A DNA stretch of 64,000 bases from NCBI GenBank assembly GCA_010909165.1, contig MU008207.1, forward strand, positions 124,001 through 188,000. Direction: 5' to 3'. The stretch is from Anthoceros angustus (lineage: Eukaryota > Plantae > Anthocerotophyta). A program made the translations under genes and the position numbers. The notes under the pieces are model-generated. The model saw nothing but the letters and a program-made list of their open reading frames with translations, was not told the origin of the DNA and made no database searches. Positions 58,480-64,000 of the stretch are shown piece by piece (position 1 is the first letter of the stretch; each line of letters starts with the position of its first letter).

Positions 58480-58800
58480 CTAGGGGAGGGCGCCGGCCGG
58501 CATGGCGTGTTGGGGGCGCTGGCGGCCGGCGCCCATGGGCGGTGTGCTAGGGGAGGCGCCGGCCGGCCGCCCATGGGCGGTGTGCTAGGGGAGGCGCCGG
58601 CCGGCCGCCCATGGGCGGTGTTAGGGGAGGACGCCGGCCGCCCATGGGCGGTGTTAGGGGAGGCGCCGGCCGCCCATGGTAGGTTAGGGGCGCCGGCCGG
58701 CCGCCCATGGGCGGTGGTGTTAGGGGCGCGGCCGGCCGGCCGCGCCCATGGGCAGAGCATGTCAGAGGGCGCCGGCCGGCGGCGCCTCCCTTAGCACCAT
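58480..58800. repeat. GC-rich tandem array, about 35-39 bp units, with internal palindromes
   Basis: About 7-8 units of TAGGGGAGGCGCCGGCCGGCCGCCCATGGGCGGTG(TG); CCGCCCATGGGCGG is a perfect 14-bp palindrome. Confidence 0.9.
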
Positions 58801-60149
58801 CCTACGGTGCATACGGTGAAGCTAGGGGGACAAGAAGGAACCAGTATCCTATCACCGATGGAAGGTGTGGCCCATTTGCGGGAAGGGTTAAAAGATTTGC
58901 ATCCATAGGTGACCGCTGAAGAGTATAAGTGGTGGGAAGCCTTGGACCGGAAGGAGATTGCTATCGTTGTGGAGAATAACATTGGGCTAGTGCTACGTCC
59001 TTGGAAGTGGTTTTCACGTGCGAAGTGGATCATACACCGACCACTTCAAGTGCGGATGAAGCTTTGCTAGATGAGGCATTATTGAGGGACCTCCACGCGT
59101 GATATGTATTTGGGGCATATCAAAATGCGGGAAGGCAAGCTGCGGAAATGGCACGGATGAATGGGGACATAACGGAACCGAGAGGGATGTTTCGCAAAGG
59201 CTGCAATACGGACATGCATAACAGGCCATTACGGATTGGGAGGTCATTGACGTGAAGCTAAACGCACCACGACCTCACTTTCTTATCCACTAGTATCGGA
59301 CCGAGCACATAGATGCGTATGAAGGAGATATGTGCAGAACACATAGTCCGCCAGAGTGGTAACCCATCCGTCCAATGCCGAGGAAAAAGGGAATAAGATC
59401 CATTACCTAAAAACATACAGGAGGTATTTGTGAATGAAACCATCCTCAGACATGGGTTTGTGTTGAACGACTAAACATCTCGTATGTGGACAAAAAGCGA
59501 TAAGGGATAAGCTCTGCGAGTTGCGTGGCTTCATACAACCTGCGAGTGAAAGTGTCGCTGAAGATAGTGATGACAATGGAGGAGAAGCTGGACCAAGTGA
59601 TGACGATGGATTGAACTCTGGGGATGAGTGAAACTGAAATCTCGTTTTTTCCCGGGGTCCCAGAGTTAATGTTGTAAGTCCGGTTGCTGATGTTTCTGTG
59701 TTAGGGAAATACCCTGTCCGTGGCTTTTGTGGTGTCATAACAAAACCACATTTCCATCCCAAAACTGAGTTTACAATTCTGCCGAACGGCCTTCCTCACC
59801 GCTCCTACTTTGCATTATTTCCTAGGTTGGAGTTTGCACCACCATTGGCCACAAACATTGCTAGATGGAAAGTAGTAATTTTCCGGTGACACCTTTTTTC
59901 GAGTCTTTCCTAATGCCTTCAAAACGCTGTTTTAGGGCCCATCAAAAACCCCCTTCAGAGATTATTTGCGGAAAACCCCCTTCGAGATTATTAACCCCCT
60001 TCAAAAATTATCGTGTTAAGGATGGAAAGCACAAGGTGGTTTGTGCTAGTCTTAGTCAGGAGCTTGAGATAAGCTCAGTATAGTTAATTTCGAAAAGAGA
60101 GCTCAAGTAGGACATAAGAGAGAAAAACCACCTTTATTTAGTTGTGCTC

Positions 60150-63005
60150 CAGGGATTAGAGGATGGTCTTGAGGAAGAATCCTCATAGAAGACGGACATC
60201 CCGAAAGAAATACAAACTATCTTGGATGATTTTAAGGATTTGATGCTTGATGAACTGCCACCTTTACCATCTCGCAGAGTAGTGGATCATTAGATTGAAT
60301 TGAAGCCAGGGAGTATGCCTCCATTGAGAGCACCATATAGGTTGTCGCAAGATGAGCTACATGAACTCAAGCGATAACTATCTAACCTGTTAGCAAACGG
60401 ATATATTAGAGTCTCGAAATCTCCTTTTGGTGCACCGGTATTGTTTACGCACAAGAAGGATGGAGGATTAAGGTTGTGTTTGGATAACAGAGCTCTAAAT
60501 CATATTACAATTAAGAATGCATATCCCTTGCCAAGAATGGATGATATGTTTGACAGGTTGAAGGATGCCAAGTATTTCACCAAGCTAGATCTAATGGCAT
60601 GATACTATCACATCAGAATCGCAAAGAGCCATAAGTACAAAACAGCATGTAGGATGAGGTATGGATCTTTTGAATTTTTAATCATGTCATTCGAACTGAC
60701 TAATGCACCTGCCACATTCCAAACACTTATGAATATTATACTCATAGATCTGGTGGACAAGTATGTAGTAATCCATGTGAATGACATTTTGATCTTCAGC
60801 CATACTTTAGATGAACATGCTGAACACTTAAGGGAAATGTCACAAAAGTTAAGAGAGAATTCTTTGTTCTTGGTAATTAAGAAGTGTGACTTCGTCAAGT
60901 CAGAGATAGCTTTTCTAGGTTTTATTGTCTCTACATAGCTTTTCTAGGTTTTATTGTCTCTACTGATGGAGTCTGAATGGATCCTGATAAGGTTAAGGCC
61001 ATTCAAGATTGGCGACCTCTTGGGAACATTCAGGAGGTGCATACCTTTATGGATTTGACCTCTATGTACAACAGATTTGTACACATGTTTGCTAAGATAA
61101 CAGCCCCCAAAACGAATCTCTTGAAAATGACGAAAGGTTGGAAGTGGGCTGCTGAAGGTCAAGTAGCATTTGAATACTTGAAAATGACGTTGAGCACTAC
61201 TCCAATGTTAAAAATGTATGATCCCAAGAAAGATGTGGAAGTGTATAACGATGCCTCAGACGTGGCCATAGGTGGCATGTTGATGCAAGACAATCAGCCG
61301 AAAGCTTTTGAGTCTAGGAAACTGCATACTTATGAAGTGAAGTATCCAAAACATATGAGAAAAAGATGATTGCTATCATTCATTGTCTAAAGGTATGTAA
61401 AGACTATCTCTTGGGAATATCTTTTGTGTTTTATACTAATAATATGAGCATAACATACTTCTCTAATCAGTTAAAGTTGAATGCGAGACAAGCTAGATGG
61501 CAAGATTTCCTAGCTATATATGATGTGACTCTCAAGTATAAACTGACAAAAGAGGATGAGGTTCCAGATGCGCTGAGTCACAAAGAGAGCTAGGAAGCAA
61601 AAGCAATGGTAATGATGATTGAACCTGTGGACACTCACCAACAGATAAAGGAAACTTATTTGTGAGATCCAGATGTTCGGGATTGGATCAATGCAATAGA
61701 GTAGAAAGGAAGCCAATTCAAGCTGAGGGATGGTATACACACAGAAGAGAATTCTGATCCTAAATTCTTCAGAGTTGAAGAGGAAATTGTTTGCTGAATG
61801 TCATGATCTGCCAAGTGCAGGTCATCGTGAAATTGACTCTACTTACGAGAAGCTAAGGAAGTTGTTTTACTTGCCGGGAATGTATTAGGATACAGTGGAC
61901 TATGTCAAGGCATGTGCTTGACAAGGTGGAGCAAGATAATCCGAAAGGATTACTACACCCCCCACCTATTCCAAGTGGACCATGGAAGAGCATCTCCATG
62001 GATTTTATCATGCCTTTGCCACCTAGCAATGAATGTCCAACTATCATGACAGTGGTGGATAAATTCACCAAACATGCATATTTCATACCTACGAAGAAGT
62101 GAATGACAGCTTCTAAGGTAGCCAGTTTGTTAAAGAAGTATGTATATAAGTACCATGGTTTGCCTATACAAATTATGAGTGTTAGGGATCCGAGGTTCAC
62201 AGGAGAATTCTGGCAGCATTTGATGAAAATATTGAGCGTAGAACTATGTATGCGCACAATTTATCATATAGATATAGATGGCACAACAAAACGAGTCAAC
62301 TAAATCCAAGAAGAATACTTAAGACATTATATGCAGATTGATCAGAGAGATTCGACTAATCATCTAGATGATGCGGAATTTTGTTACAATAATATTGCAC
62401 ATACCTCTTTGGGTTGTAGCCCTTTTGAGATGGGAGGAAATTTAGTGTTGGATGTGGTATCCATCCTAAATGCTGAAGCTTTCGACACTACCACAAGAGA
62501 TCCACGCCAATTTACTGAGGAGTTGAAGGCTAAGCATGAGATTGCCAAAGGAATTTTAGCCAAGGCTGAAGCATGTCGGAAGAAATATGCTGACAAGCAC
62601 AGGAGAGAAACTGTCTTCAACGTTGGGGATAAGGGATGGATAAAGTTGAAAATTTTCAAACTACCACGAGGATTATGTCTGAAGCTAAGGCCGAGATATG
62701 GAGGTCCTTTTGTAGTTTTGGAGCGTATTGGGGAAGTGGTTTACAAGCAACAACTGCCTGAATGGATTTTTGCGCACAATGTGTTCTACGTTTCACTACT
62801 AAAACCATTTGTGCCAAGCAAGGAGAAAGAGGACATGGACAATAAAACGTGCCAGCATAATCAAGGATTGCGGGAAATTGAGGAATTGCTTGCAAAGAGT
62901 AGCGTGCCTACGAAACATAAAATCATGCCACATTACATGGTAAAATTGCATGGGATCTCACGTCCAGTTTGGGTGACATTCGAGTATATTCGGAAAGGAT
63001 CCTGA
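60150..63005 (+). mobile_element. Degenerate Ty3/gypsy pol (RT, RNase H, integrase, chromodomain-like tail); same family as 1410-3220
   Basis: [106 protein letters not shown], and EIEELLAK...YMVKLHG. Confidence 0.93.
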
Positions 63006-63054
63006 ATGATCGCTCGATACATGGCTATCACTGAGGACAGTGATCCTTTTTCCA

Positions 63055-63710
63055 GGTAAGGGAGAAAGTAAGGAGCCATGCATGAGAGGCATGCAACCCT
63101 AGATCTAGTTTAGTAAGTTATGTGGTTAATGGTAGTGAGGCTTAGCTTAGGGCTTAAGGAAGGCAGTCTGCTTTATGCAGTTACTTGAGGAATGAAGGAA
63201 GCCTCCATATAAACAGGGGTGAGGTGAGCTCTAGAGGTGAGATCATAACAGTGATCCTAGCAGTGATCCTAGCAATGATCCTAGCAGTGATCCTAGCAGT
63301 GATCCTAACAGTGATCCTAGCATTGAGGCCACACTCTTTTGAGGATAGGCTGTGGGAGCCTAGAGATTGTGGGAGCCTAGAGTGTGAGTGTATCTAGAGG
63401 ATGAGGTGAGCTTTAGAGGTGAGATCCTAGTAGTGATCCTAGCATTGAGGCCACACTCTTTCGAGGATAGGCTGTGGGAGCCTAGAGGTCGTGGGAGCCT
63501 AGAGGTCGTTGGAGCCTAGAGTGTGAGTATGTCTAGAGGAGAGCTCTAAGGAGGAGATCGAGGAGAGAGAGTTATATTTCTAGCTTAGGCAAATATGAGG
63601 AGCTCTCTCTCATCTCCCATGATTCTCGCTAAAGTAAAGAATAGCTGAAATAAAGAGTGCTAACTCTTCCCGACTCTAGCTGAAGTCAGCTAGAAGTAAA
63701 GAGCAGCAAC
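63055..63710 (+). mobile_element. PPT and probable 3' LTR with internal 12-bp repeats (right boundary uncertain)
   Basis: AGGTAAGGGAGAAAGTAA purine tract after a TGAGGACA motif (as at about 3200), TATA-like CATATAAA, AGTGATCCTAGC repeated about 6 times, and AATAAA at about 63649. Confidence 0.6.
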
Positions 63711-64000
63711 AAAGGTGCTAACTTCGAATCATCCTGTGGAAAGATCGGGCTACTTGGAGGCCTAGTGCTGCTGTGAAGGAAAAGGAAGACGACCCTTCGG
63801 GCCCCTCCTCTTGGGCATGTCACTGGAGCGTTTTGCTTGGGAAGATCCCACATCCGGTCTGATTGAGGATGTGTGCCACGTCCAGTCCGATCGTCATTCG
63901 CAACAGCGCACGGGTTGTGGGTCAACTGGAACCATATGCGCAGATGCATGCATTAACGTATTTCAGTGACGATCTCCACATGAACAAACGCCATCCGAAA

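Overview
Land-plant nuclear DNA. It is most likely a hornwort; this is inferred from the very short introns, tight gene packing and DYW:KP-type editing factors. A gene-dense island (about 15.8-56.6 kb) sits between two LTR-retrotransposon clusters. The left cluster (1-12.9 kb) is a nested Ty1/copia-Ty1/copia-Ty3/gypsy pile with indel-rich repeated blocks that may be assembly stutter. The island contains a CHCHD2/10-like gene, a U1 snRNA, a DExH7/DHX29-like RNA helicase, a UBE2W/UBC15-18-type E2, a LIN/CERBERUS-type U-box/ARM/WD40 E3 ligase, a serine acetyltransferase (SAT), RPF2, and three intronless PLS-class PPR genes. An inverted, diverged duplicate of SAT plus the 3' end of LIN lies at about 31.6-35.2 kb. 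The most interesting feature is the PPR trio. Two genes carry DYW:KP-type deaminase domains (HAE motif; C-termini DRK and DWH), a class linked to U-to-C reverse RNA editing. Their ORFs are head-to-head, only 23 bp apart, and one lacks 15 aa in the gating-domain region. The third is a WW-type protein truncated before the catalytic site. The right end (57-64 kb) is a degenerate chromodomain-bearing Ty3/gypsy element interrupted by a GC-rich palindromic array. Several frameshifts fall in G homopolymers and are probably sequencing errors.
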